A DNA stretch of 64,000 bases from Desulfatiglandales bacterium (GTDB lineage Bacteria; Desulfobacterota; DSM-4660; Desulfatiglandales; Desulfatiglandaceae): the NCBI GenBank assembly GCA_963662465.1, contig OY759599.1, positions 6,464,001 through 6,528,000 on the forward strand, given 5' to 3'. Positions within the stretch are counted from its first letter, which is position 1. Each line of letters opens with the position of its first letter. A program made the translations under genes and the position numbers. The notes below the pieces were generated by a model. It did no database searches. It saw nothing but the letters and a program-made list of their open reading frames with translations, and was not told the DNA's origin. Below are positions 1-9,515 of this stretch, one piece after another.

Positions 1-1
1 T

Positions 2-496
2 TCCGACATGGATGTTGACGAAATTTCCAGACTGACCGGTTTGAGCGCGAAGGCCGCTCGTCTCGCCGCCACGCGGGAATATGATGAGCCCTTTATTTTT
101 GAGGGCGAGACGCCTCCCGATCTACGCCCCCTTTACGAAAGTGCCGCCGGAAAAGGACTGATGATCGTCTCCGGAGGTCGCTTTTACCACCTGTTGGGAA
201 ATAACCACAAGGGAGACGCCATGGCGCGCATTGAGTCCTGGTATAATATGCAATACCATTTTGATGGGCATGGCCGTATTCCGACCGTTGCTCTGGGTGA
301 CAGCCCAAATGATTTTCCCATGCTTATGCGTGCCGACTTTCCCGTACTGATCCGTTCGGATCACGATTTTTCAGATCTCAAAATAAAAATTCCAAATCTC
401 AAAACAACAGAATATCCAGGTCCAAAAGGCTGGAACAACGCTGTTTTAAATATTTTAAGTAAAAATGAGGAGAATCCCGATGCCCGATCGTTTTGA
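2..496 (+). CDS. Mannosyl/glucosyl-3-phosphoglycerate phosphatase (HAD-IIB, MpgP-like), 5' end outside window
   Basis: Motifs REYDEPF, GGRFYHL and ALGDSPNDFPML (HAD motif IV), plus C-terminal GPKGWN; the frame is open from the window start. Confidence 0.85.
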   Translation, partial: SDMDVDEISRLTGLSAKAARLAATREYDEPFIFEGETPPDLRPLYESAAGKGLMIVSGGRFYHLLGNNHKGDAMARIESWYNMQYHFDGHGRIPTVALGDSPNDFPMLMRADFPVLIRSDHDFSDLKIKIPNLKTTEYPGPKGWNNAVLNILSKNEENPDARSF

Positions 497-1712
497 AAAG
501 GAGATTAATCCGGAAAACATCAAAAAAGCGGACATGGTGGTTTGTATCCCTTCCTACAGAGAAGCCGATTCCATCGGCTACCCGACCACCCAGGCCGACG
601 AAGGGTTACAAAAATATTTTGGTGAGTACAGCGCCGTCATTATCAATTGCGATAACAACTCTCCTGACCATACCCGGGAGACCTTTCTCGAGACGGCGAC
701 TAAAGCGCCAAAAATTTATCTTTCCACTGAACCCGGTCTTAAAGGAAAAGGGAATAACTTTAGAAACCTGTTTCAAAAGGTGGTGGACCTTAAGGCCAAG
801 GCCGTGGTGGTGGTGGACGCTGATCTCAAGAGCATCACCCCTGAGTGGATCAAGCACCTGGGTGAACCGTTGTTCAGCGGATTTTCATATGTGGCGCCCC
901 TGTACATTCGGCATAAATATGATGGGACCATTACCAACGGCATTGCCTACCCCATGACAAGATCCCTTTATGGAAGACGGGTCCGTCAGCCCATCGGCGG
1001 GGATTTTGGATTCAGCGGAAAACTGGCGCCGTTGTACCTTGAAAGCAAGACCTGGAGCGAAGCGGTCGCCAATTTCGGAATCGACATCTGGATGACCACC
1101 CTTGCCATAAATCACAAGGCTCAGATCTGCCAGGCGTTCATGGGGCGACCCAAAATTCATCGTACCAAGGATCCGGGATCCGACCTGGGACCCATGTTTC
1201 GACAGGTGGTCGGCACCATTTTCTCCATGATGAAAGAGTTTGCACCCTTCTGGCTCAAGGTGAAATACAGCCGTCCTACCGCCATTTACGGGTTTGGCCT
1301 GGGCGAAACGGAAATGCCGCCGGAGGTTTCTGTGAACCGGGAAAATCTGTTAAACCAGTTCCATGAGGGATTTGGCAAATACAGCGGCATCTGGAAAACC
1401 ATCCTTTCGTCCGATGTTTACCAAAAGCTCCTGGAGATCAAGGATATGAGAGAGCAGGAGTTCAACTTTCCCACTGATTTATGGGCACGGCTGCTTTTCG
1501 ATACCGCCGCTTCATATGGGGAGGTGGGAATTAACGAGGACGACACCATGGATTCCCTGATCCCTCTCTATTTTGGACGTACGCTCTCTTTTGTTAGAAG
1601 GACGGAAAAAATGTCCATCAAACAGGCGGAAGAGGCCATTGAAGATGACTGCACTACCTTTGAGATGGCGAAACCTTATCTTCTTCAGCGCTGGAAAGAG
1701 AGACGTTGGTGA
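480..1712 (+). CDS. GT2 glycosyltransferase, glucosylglycerate/mannosylglycerate synthase-like (Ggs/Mgs type)
   Basis: DMVVCIPSY, GKGNN, VDADL (DxD), RHKYDGTITN, RQPIGGDFG, FGIDIWMT; SD GAGGAG at 467-472 favours the ATG at 480. Confidence 0.8.
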   Translation: MPDRFEKEINPENIKKADMVVCIPSYREADSIGYPTTQADEGLQKYFGEYSAVIINCDNNSPDHTRETFLETATKAPKIYLSTEPGLKGKGNNFRNLFQKVVDLKAKAVVVVDADLKSITPEWIKHLGEPLFSGFSYVAPLYIRHKYDGTITNGIAYPMTRSLYGRRVRQPIGGDFGFSGKLAPLYLESKTWSEAVANFGIDIWMTTLAINHKAQICQAFMGRPKIHRTKDPGSDLGPMFRQVVGTIFSMMKEFAPFWLKVKYSRPTAIYGFGLGETEMPPEVSVNRENLLNQFHEGFGKYSGIWKTILSSDVYQKLLEIKDMREQEFNFPTDLWARLLFDTAASYGEVGINEDDTMDSLIPLYFGRTLSFVRRTEKMSIKQAEEAIEDDCTTFEMAKPYLLQRWKERRW

Positions 1713-1782
1713 AGAGTGAAGCGTAAAGAGTGAAGAGGTGGGGGCTGGTGCTTTTCACTCTTCACTTTTCACCTTTCTTTCA
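1708..1782. repeat. Inverted pair of heptamer arrays, (AGTGAAG)n and (CTTCACT)n, between convergent genes; probable bidirectional hairpin
   Basis: ggtgaagagtgaagcgtaaagagtgaaga ... cttttcactcttcacttttcacc; both flanking stop codons lie at the edges. Confidence 0.8.
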
Positions 1783-3132
1783 TCGAACCAATAAAAGCCT
1801 CACATCCATAACATTCGTATTGGTGGGGCCGGTCACAAGAAGATCCTTGGTTTTCTGGAAGAAGTGGTAGGCGTCATTGTTGTTCAAAAAATCAACGGCC
1901 TCCATTCCGGCTTCCCTGCCCCGTGTGACTGTAAAGGGGTCTACAACGGCTCCCGCCGCATCCGTGGGGCCGTCATTGCCGTCGGTCCCACCGCTTAAAA
2001 CAACCAGCTTCAATGGCAGTTCGGCGATTTCAATGGCCGCTGCCAGGCAGAACTCCTGATTCCTGCCGCCCAGGCCCTTGCCCCGAATGGTTACGGTGGT
2101 TTCCCCTCCTGAAATGATGCAGGCAGGTTTATGAATGGGCCTGCCGCTCCGAACAGCCTCTTTGGCAATGGCGCAGTGGACCCGGGCGACATCCCTGGTT
2201 TCCCCCTCGATCAAAGAGGAGAGAATCAGGGTCTTGTATCCAAACGCCAGGGCCTTTTTTTCCGCCGCTTCAAGGGCCAGGATATTGCTGCCCACGATGA
2301 TGTTAGAGACATAAAGAAAAACCGGATCAGCCGCCTTTGGGGTATCGGGAATTTTTCCCCGGGCGCCCTTTTCGAGGCGCTGAACAATGGCTTCGGGAAC
2401 GCCTTTTAAATCATATTTTTTCAGAATGCCCAAAGCGTCTTCAAAGGTGGAAGAGTCCGGTACAAAGGGGCCTGACGCAATGACGTCCATCTTGTCTCCC
2501 ACCACATCGGACAACATGAGGTTGACCACGGTGGCCGGAAAGGCGGCGCGGGCCATCTGTCCGCCCTTGGCGGCGGATATGTGTTTCCGTACGGCGTTGA
2601 TTTCGTCAATGCCGGCGCCGCAATCCAGCAGCATACCGGTGACGGTCTGTTTTTCTGAAAGCGTAATGCCTTGAGCGGGCCGGCAAAGCAGGGCGGATCC
2701 GCCGCCGCTGATGAGCGAAATGATCAGGTCTTTGTTGTTGGCTTTTGCCAGGAGATTAAGGATTGCTTTGGTTCCCTTGACCCCGTTTTCGTCGGGCAGG
2801 GGATGGCTGGCCTCAACGGTTTGTGTCACTGAGAGTTTTTCGGTGAATCCATACTTTACGTTGATCAGTCCCTTGTGAATCCTGTCGCCCAGAAGTACTT
2901 CCATGGCCTTGGCCATGGGTGCGGTGGCCTTTCCGCCTCCCACGAGGGAAATGCGGTCAAATTGTTTCAGGTTCAGGCTGGTTTGGTCGGTTTCATCCTT
3001 TCCCAGGATGAGTTGGTCGTCCTTGACCCGCACAAAGTTTTTCACGGCGCCGTAGGGGTTCACGGAGCGCAACGATTCCCTGAATATGGCTTTGGCCTCT
3101 GTACGCATTTCTTTTATGCGGTAGTCATCCAT
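1780..3132 (-). CDS. Glycerate 2-kinase (MOFRL family)
   Basis: GGGKAT, ASHPLPD, LISGGGSAL, SDVVGD, GGETTV, GGRNQE, GTDGNDG, TGPTNTNVMD. Confidence 0.92.
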   Translation of the reverse strand: MDDYRIKEMRTEAKAIFRESLRSVNPYGAVKNFVRVKDDQLILGKDETDQTSLNLKQFDRISLVGGGKATAPMAKAMEVLLGDRIHKGLINVKYGFTEKLSVTQTVEASHPLPDENGVKGTKAILNLLAKANNKDLIISLISGGGSALLCRPAQGITLSEKQTVTGMLLDCGAGIDEINAVRKHISAAKGGQMARAAFPATVVNLMLSDVVGDKMDVIASGPFVPDSSTFEDALGILKKYDLKGVPEAIVQRLEKGARGKIPDTPKAADPVFLYVSNIIVGSNILALEAAEKKALAFGYKTLILSSLIEGETRDVARVHCAIAKEAVRSGRPIHKPACIISGGETTVTIRGKGLGGRNQEFCLAAAIEIAELPLKLVVLSGGTDGNDGPTDAAGAVVDPFTVTRGREAGMEAVDFLNNNDAYHFFQKTKDLLVTGPTNTNVMDVRLLLVR

Positions 3133-3247
3133 TTTTTTCTCCTTATTCTGAATCCCATTTCGATATCCGTATTTTTGGAGTTTACCTTATTTTGTTTTGA
3201 AATAAAAGGGTTGCGTTGAAACATTGACCCTCTGTCCGGTTTTCAAC

Positions 3248-3277
3248 TTGACACATGGGTTCCAGTTTATCTAATAT
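3248..3277 (+). promoter_or_regulatory. Candidate sigma70 promoter for carB
   Basis: TTGACA (3248-3253), 18-nt spacer, TAATAT (3272-3277); SD AAGGAG before the ATG at 3324. Confidence 0.45.
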
Positions 3278-3323
3278 CCGCCGATCAAGTTTCAATTAAA
3301 ATGACAATAATAAGGAGCCTCGC

Positions 3324-6300
3324 ATGCCGAAGCGCGACGACATCAACAAGGTAATGATCATCAGTTCCGGACCCATCATCATCGGGCAGGCCTGTGAGTT
3401 TGACTATTCAGGCACCCAGGCCTGCAAGGCCCTTCGGAAACTGGGCTATGAAATTGTTCTGGCCAATTCAAATCCCGCCACCATTATGACCGACCCAGGC
3501 ATGGCGGAAGCCACTTATATCGAGGCCCTCAATGTGCGGACCATGACCGAGATTATTGAAAAGGAGCGGCCGGATGCACTGCTCCCTAACCTTGGGGGTC
3601 AGACAGGCCTTAATCTTTCCTCGGAACTGGCGGAAACAGGCGTTTTGGATAAATACGGCGTCAAGATCATTGGTGTCGAAGTGGATGCCATCAAACGGGG
3701 GGAGGATCGCATCGCCTTCAAGGCTACCATGGATAAATTGGGCATTGAAATGCCCCAAAGCGAGCCTGCATTCAGTGTTGAAGAAGCGGAAAAAATTGCC
3801 GACCAATTGGGATATCCCGTGGTGATCCGGCCTGCCTACACCATGGGCGGCACGGGGGGCGGACTGGTTTATAACGTTGAAGAACTGCGCATCATCGCTG
3901 CCCGGGGCATCTCCGCCAGTTTTGTGAACCAGATTCTCGTGGAAGAGTCGGTACTGGGTTGGGAGGAACTGGAGCTTGAAGTGGTCCGGGATGCCAAAAA
4001 CCAGAAGATTACGGTTTGCTTCATTGAAAATGTAGACGCCATGGGCATCCACACCGGCGATTCCTTCTGCACTGCGCCCATGTTGACCATTGCGCCGGAA
4101 CTTCAGGAAAGGCTGCAGCAATACGCTTATGATATTGTGGACGCCATCAAAGTTATCGGCGGCACCAATGTTCAATTTGCCCACGATCCAGAAACCGGAC
4201 GCGTGGTGGTCATCGAAATCAATCCCAGAACCTCTCGGTCTTCAGCCCTGGCCTCAAAAGCCACCGGGTTTCCCATCGCCCTGGTGTCCGCCATGCTGGC
4301 TGGTGGCCTGACCCTGGATGAAATTCCCTACTGGCGTGATGGAACCTTGGACAAATATACCCCGTGGGGAGATTATGTGGTCGTCAAATTCGCACGGTGG
4401 GCCTTTGAAAAATTTGAAGGTTCAGAGGACAAACTAGGGACCCAGATGCGGGCCGTAGGCGAAGTTATGAGCATCGGGAAAAACTACAAGGAGGCATTTC
4501 AAAAGGCCATCCGGTCCCTGGAAAACGGACGGTATGGTTTGGGGTTTGCCAAAGATTTCAACCAAAAACCCCTGGAAGACCTTATGGACCTTCTGTCTGA
4601 ACCCAGCAGTGAACGTCATTTCATCATGTATGAAGCCCTGAGAAAAGGCGCCGGCGTGGACGCCCTTCACCTGAAAACCCACGTTAAACGATGGTTTATC
4701 GAGCAGATGAAAGAACTGGTGACGCTGGAGGAAAAGATTCTTGATTTCAAAGGGAAGCCATTGCCCGATGATCTGTTGGCACAGGCCAAAAAGGATGGGT
4801 TTTCAGACCGGTATCTCTCTAAAATCCTGGCGATTCCTGAAAAAGAGATTCGGGAAAAGCGTGTGGGCCTGGGGGTGGTGGAAGGGTGGGAGCCGGTTCC
4901 CGTCAGCGGCGTTGAAAACGCGGCCTACTATTTTTCCACCTACAACGCCCTGGATCAGGTGGATATCAGCGACCGACGGAAGATCATGGTGCTGGGGGGC
5001 GGCCCCAATCGAATCGGTCAGGGCATCGAATTTGATTACTGCTGCGTGCATGCGGCCTTCTCCCTGAAGGATGAGGGGTTTGAATCCATCATGGTGAACT
5101 GCAATCCGGAAACCGTCTCCACGGATTACGATACCTCCGACAAACTCTACTTTGAACCGCTCACCGTTGAAGATGTGTTAAGCATCTATGAAAAAGAAAA
5201 ACCGGAAGGGGTGATTGTTCAGTTCGGCGGGCAGACGCCTTTGAACATTGCCTCCGAACTGGCCCAGGCGGGGGTTACGATTATCGGTACGTCCCCTGAA
5301 GCCATCGATCTTGCCGAAGATCGCGATCGGTTCAGGCACATGATGCGCAAGCTGGGCATTCCACAGCCTGAGTCGGGCATGGCCAGCACCCTGGAACAGG
5401 CCCTTGAAATTGCGGAACGGATCGGCTATCCCCTCATGGTGAGGCCGTCCTACGTGCTGGGCGGTCGCGGTATGGAAGTGGTTCACGATGAGGAAATGCT
5501 CAAACATTATGTGATCGCCGCTGTTGATGTGAGTCCGGAACGGCCCATTCTCATCGATAAGTTCCTGGAAAATGCCATCGAGGCCGAAGCCGACGCCATC
5601 AGCGACGGCACGGACGCCTATGTGCCGGCGGTCATGGAACATATCGAGCTGGCCGGCGTCCATTCAGGGGATTCCGCCTGTGTGATACCGCCCATCAGTA
5701 TCGCGGCCAAGCATCTGGATACCATCAACGAATACACCCGCAGGATTGCCATCGAACTGAATGTGGTGGGGTTAATGAATATACAGTATGCCATTGCCGA
5801 CGATACGGTCTATATCATCGAGGCCAACCCCCGGGCATCCCGGACGGTCCCCCTGGTCTCCAAGGTGTGCAATATCTCCATGGCCCGCATTGCCACCCAG
5901 CTTATGTTGGGCAAAAAACTGTCGGACCTGAACATCAAACCCAAAAATATCCCCCACTACGGGGTCAAGGAAGCGGTCTTTCCCTTTAACATGTTCCCGG
6001 AAGTGGATCCGCTTCTGGGACCTGAGATGCGGTCTACCGGGGAAGTGCTGGGTATGGCGGATTCTTTTGGACTGGCCTACTACAAGGCCCAGGACGCTAC
6101 CCAGATGACTTTGCCGGACCAGGGTTCTGTTCTTCTGACCGTATCTGAGGCGGATCGGCCGGCTGTGGGGGAAGTGGCACGGCAGCTTCACCAATTGGGG
6201 TTCAAGATCCTGGCCACCAACGGCACCCATCAGTTTTTAGAGGAATGCGGTATTGAATCCGGAATCATCATGAAGATGCATGAAGGACGTCCCAATATTG

Positions 6301-6524
6301 TGGATGCCATTAAAAACAATGAGATTCAGCTGGTGATCAATACTCCCAGCGGCAAATTGAGCAAGTATGATGATTCTTACATTCGAAAAACCGCTATCAA
6401 GTTCAAAATTCCCTACATTACAACCCTGGCCGCTGCACTGGCCGCGGCGAGGGGAATTGCCGCCCACCGGCGGGGACATGGTACGGTGAAATCCCTTCAG
6501 AGCTATCACCAGGATATCAAATAA
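3324..6524 (+). CDS. carB: Carbamoyl-phosphate synthase large subunit
   Basis: MPKR start, GQACEFDYSG, NSNPATIMTD, HTGDS, second ATP-grasp half (GQGIEFDYC, RPSYVLGG), C-terminal MGS domain; 1066 aa. Confidence 0.98.
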   Translation: MPKRDDINKVMIISSGPIIIGQACEFDYSGTQACKALRKLGYEIVLANSNPATIMTDPGMAEATYIEALNVRTMTEIIEKERPDALLPNLGGQTGLNLSSELAETGVLDKYGVKIIGVEVDAIKRGEDRIAFKATMDKLGIEMPQSEPAFSVEEAEKIADQLGYPVVIRPAYTMGGTGGGLVYNVEELRIIAARGISASFVNQILVEESVLGWEELELEVVRDAKNQKITVCFIENVDAMGIHTGDSFCTAPMLTIAPELQERLQQYAYDIVDAIKVIGGTNVQFAHDPETGRVVVIEINPRTSRSSALASKATGFPIALVSAMLAGGLTLDEIPYWRDGTLDKYTPWGDYVVVKFARWAFEKFEGSEDKLGTQMRAVGEVMSIGKNYKEAFQKAIRSLENGRYGLGFAKDFNQKPLEDLMDLLSEPSSERHFIMYEALRKGAGVDALHLKTHVKRWFIEQMKELVTLEEKILDFKGKPLPDDLLAQAKKDGFSDRYLSKILAIPEKEIREKRVGLGVVEGWEPVPVSGVENAAYYFSTYNALDQVDISDRRKIMVLGGGPNRIGQGIEFDYCCVHAAFSLKDEGFESIMVNCNPETVSTDYDTSDKLYFEPLTVEDVLSIYEKEKPEGVIVQFGGQTPLNIASELAQAGVTIIGTSPEAIDLAEDRDRFRHMMRKLGIPQPESGMASTLEQALEIAERIGYPLMVRPSYVLGGRGMEVVHDEEMLKHYVIAAVDVSPERPILIDKFLENAIEAEADAISDGTDAYVPAVMEHIELAGVHSGDSACVIPPISIAAKHLDTINEYTRRIAIELNVVGLMNIQYAIADDTVYIIEANPRASRTVPLVSKVCNISMARIATQLMLGKKLSDLNIKPKNIPHYGVKEAVFPFNMFPEVDPLLGPEMRSTGEVLGMADSFGLAYYKAQDATQMTLPDQGSVLLTVSEADRPAVGEVARQLHQLGFKILATNGTHQFLEECGIESGIIMKMHEGRPNIVDAIKNNEIQLVINTPSGKLSKYDDSYIRKTAIKFKIPYITTLAAALAAARGIAAHRRGHGTVKSLQSYHQDIK

Positions 6525-6535
6525 GAGGAAATGTT

Positions 6536-8011
6536 ATGGATGGAATTGTGGGGATTTATGGGCCGGATGACGAAGAACTGGTGAGCAAGGCTTTTCTGGC
6601 CACCGGGGCCTGTCAGCACCGGGGAAAAGCCAGCACCGGACTGGCTGTGGGAAACAGCAAGGGAATTTATGTTTATAAAGGCCTGGGTCGGATCGCGGAA
6701 GTCATTGACCGGGATATTGCCAAGACCTTTCAGGACCTGTCGCCCGTGGCCGCCATCGGCAATATCGGATACACCAAGCGGCGAATTCCTGAAAAAATCA
6801 ATGTGGAGCCCATCGAGATTCGGCCGAAAGATAGCTCAGCGCTGAAGGTGGTTTTGACCATGGATGGGTATCTTATCAAGGAAGACGATATCAAGGCCGA
6901 ACTCGAAGCGCATTACCGCTTTCAAACCAATAACAAAACCGAGGTCGTGGGCGCCCTGCTGCATCGATATATGCTTCAGGAAGGGATCAGCTTTGCCGCC
7001 GGCGAGAGGCTCGTTGACAAATTGAGCGGCCGGGGGACCTTTGCCCTGACCGCGCTGGTTCATGACGGCCACGAGACCCACCTGGTGTCGCTGAATGACG
7101 ATAAGGCATTTGAACCTTTCTGTCATGCCATCATTGACGGCGCCTTCGTGGCGTGTTCCGAATCCTGCTCCCACCGACGGTTGGGGGGAACCACGGAAAA
7201 TGAGTACGATGGCGCCGAGATGACCCTTTGTTCATCGGCGGGCATTGAGACCCGGCGTTTGCGGAACAAGCCCATCATGCCGGATATTTTTCAGGGGGTT
7301 TATTTCGGCAATGTGGCGTCAATGTTCCGGGGAAAAGAGATTTTCCAGATTCGAAGGGAACTGGGCCTGGGGTTGACGGAGCAGTATCCCATGTCAAAGG
7401 CCGACCTGGTTATTCCCAATCCAGAATCCGGTTGGGGCGTTACGGTGGGTGTTGCGGAAGGGCTCGATAAAAATCTTCTCCCAGCGCTCATCAAACTGCC
7501 CCAGGCGGTCAGGACCTTTCAGGAAGATGCCCGAAAGGCAAGGTCCCAGGAAGTGGGTCTAAAGTTTGGCGGCATCGATTCCCTTCTAAAGGGAAAAAAT
7601 GTTGCCATGGGAGACGACAGCATTGTGCGGGGGACCGTTAGCGAAGGAGGTTCCGTATGGGTGGTCTACAATGCCGGAGCCAAATTTGTCGAATTCTGGA
7701 TATCCTACGGCCCCATGGTTTTCCCTTCTTTCAAGGAATGGCACAGGGGTCTGGATTGTCTTCACGAACTGGCCGCCAGGCGTGCATTTCCCGACGGCAA
7801 CCCCTATGACAAAAGTCTCGACGAAATCAATCGCGCCGTGGCCGGCTTAATCGGTGTTGATGAGGTTCGGTATAATACCCTTGAAGGCATCAGAAAAGTG
7901 GCCGGTGACGGGTCCTTCCAGTCGTTGGATGCCAGTTATCCCATCGACGAGGCGTTTTGGCCCGACTGGCTTAAAGTCGAGGTTGAACGGTATTATCGGT
8001 ATCGTCCCTGA
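6536..8011 (+). CDS. Amidophosphoribosyltransferase (PurF)-like protein lacking catalytic Cys1 and the Fe-S cysteines
   Basis: MDGIVGI start (canonical MCGIVG), QHRG, RTF, GDDSIVRGT PRPP loop; SD GAGGA. Confidence 0.75.
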   Translation: MDGIVGIYGPDDEELVSKAFLATGACQHRGKASTGLAVGNSKGIYVYKGLGRIAEVIDRDIAKTFQDLSPVAAIGNIGYTKRRIPEKINVEPIEIRPKDSSALKVVLTMDGYLIKEDDIKAELEAHYRFQTNNKTEVVGALLHRYMLQEGISFAAGERLVDKLSGRGTFALTALVHDGHETHLVSLNDDKAFEPFCHAIIDGAFVACSESCSHRRLGGTTENEYDGAEMTLCSSAGIETRRLRNKPIMPDIFQGVYFGNVASMFRGKEIFQIRRELGLGLTEQYPMSKADLVIPNPESGWGVTVGVAEGLDKNLLPALIKLPQAVRTFQEDARKARSQEVGLKFGGIDSLLKGKNVAMGDDSIVRGTVSEGGSVWVVYNAGAKFVEFWISYGPMVFPSFKEWHRGLDCLHELAARRAFPDGNPYDKSLDEINRAVAGLIGVDEVRYNTLEGIRKVAGDGSFQSLDASYPIDEAFWPDWLKVEVERYYRYRP

Positions 8012-9380
8012 AGATATTCCCCGGCGCCATGATGCCCGTTGGGTCCAACTCTTTTTTGATGGCTTTCATGGCATTGATGATGGGCGCCGGATACTGCAAA
8101 AGCACTTGACGGCGTTTCATTTTTCCGATGCCGTGTTCTGCCGAAACGCATCCCCCAAGTGCTACGGCCTTTTGGGCCATGAGGTCGTCTATTTTTGATG
8201 CCGTTATTTTTTCTTCCCCGGTTCCGGCAATAAAATTGAAGTGAGGGTGCCCGCTACCCAGATGTCCGAACCGGGTGACCATTATGTCCCCCAGAGGACG
8301 TCTGATTTCTTCAAAATAGGCAAACAGGTGGTGCAGTCGGTTTTGGGGAACGGCCCAGTCGGTTGAAATTTTGCAGCCACCGGTTTTGACGGCCTTGATG
8401 CTTTCCTCATTGGTTTTTGAGGGCACATGATGCCGCAAGTCGAGAAGATGCTTTTTCTGTTTCCTGCTGACGGCGATCTGTGTGTCATCGGAGAAGGGGG
8501 TGTGCTTTTCGATGAGGGGAAACCATAGATTCAGCCAATGGTCTTTTTCCGAGTCATCGTTATATTCCTGTTCAAAATAGACCATTACGCGTGCATTGGC
8601 GGGTATGGCAATCCCTTTTGCTTTCGGGCGAATTATTTCCAGACAGGCGTGATCCATGAACTCCATGCTTGCGGCTTGATAGGCGGGTGCATAATGGGCT
8701 TCCATGGTAAAATCAACGGCGCTTTTCAAATCCGGGAAAAAGACAATGCCCACAAACACATTCGCGGGCAATGCCGTTAAGGACACTTCAATCCGGGTCA
8801 CAATTCCCAAGGTCCCTTCGGATCCCACAAACAGTTGCGTGGGTCTGTACATGGCGCCGTAACCGGCGCATATCTTTTCAGTCAGACCGTTTTTCACTTC
8901 AAACAACCTGCCTGTTCCATCCACCACCCGCAATTCCCTGACCCAGTCGATGGTACTCCCATACTTGAGGGATCGGGAACCGGAGGCATTGGTGGCCACG
9001 TTTCCCCCCAGGGTGCATTCTTCCGCACTTGTGGGATCCGGCGCATACATGAGGCCTGCGTCTTCCACTGATTTTTTGAAATGGGATAAAAGGATGCCGG
9101 GTTCAGCGACGGCACGCTTTCTTTTGACATCAATATCGATCAGCCGGTTCATCCGTTCCAGGGAAAGGGCGGCGCCTTTTTCACAGATGGCAGCCCCGGT
9201 CAGGGATGACCGAAGTCCCTGAGCGGTCAGGGGTATCTCCTCGGAAACACAGGTCTTTACGATTTCGAGGACTTCCCGATCGGACGTGGGGCGATAGAGT
9301 CTTTCAAATCCTCCTTGAATGCCCAGCGTATCTTCATTATAGGCGGCAAGAATTTCAGGGTCTGTGATCATTTCAGGCAT
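7971..9380 (-). CDS. FAD-binding oxidoreductase (GlcD/D-2-hydroxyacid dehydrogenase family)
   Basis: PDPTS, TLGGNVATNASG, GSEGTLG, FGHLGSGHPH, SAEHGIG, DPTGIMAPG; SD AGGAG favours the ATG at 9380. Confidence 0.88.
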   Translation of the reverse strand: MPEMITDPEILAAYNEDTLGIQGGFERLYRPTSDREVLEIVKTCVSEEIPLTAQGLRSSLTGAAICEKGAALSLERMNRLIDIDVKRKRAVAEPGILLSHFKKSVEDAGLMYAPDPTSAEECTLGGNVATNASGSRSLKYGSTIDWVRELRVVDGTGRLFEVKNGLTEKICAGYGAMYRPTQLFVGSEGTLGIVTRIEVSLTALPANVFVGIVFFPDLKSAVDFTMEAHYAPAYQAASMEFMDHACLEIIRPKAKGIAIPANARVMVYFEQEYNDDSEKDHWLNLWFPLIEKHTPFSDDTQIAVSRKQKKHLLDLRHHVPSKTNEESIKAVKTGGCKISTDWAVPQNRLHHLFAYFEEIRRPLGDIMVTRFGHLGSGHPHFNFIAGTGEEKITASKIDDLMAQKAVALGGCVSAEHGIGKMKRRQVLLQYPAPIINAMKAIKKELDPTGIMAPGNIFRDDTDNTVQPRL

Positions 9381-9433
9381 GGTTAATTTTCTCCTTGAAT
9401 ACTGGCAGGGATTTTCATAACGTATCTGAATGA

Positions 9434-9492
9434 AAGTGACAAGTGAGAAGTGACGCGTAAAGCTAAGAGGGTTCCGCTTGTCACTTGTCACT
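9434..9492. repeat. Inverted heptamer arrays, (AGTGACA)-type and (TGTCACT), in a divergent intergenic region
   Basis: aagtgacaagtgagaagtgacg ... cttgtcacttgtcact. Confidence 0.7.
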
Positions 9493-9515
9493 AATAAAGA
9501 AAAGGACCCGAGATT

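Noticed and set aside
7971..8011. 41-nt tail-to-tail overlap of the PurF-like and FAD oxidoreductase genes as antisense control
   Set aside because: Short convergent overlaps are common and there is no further evidence.
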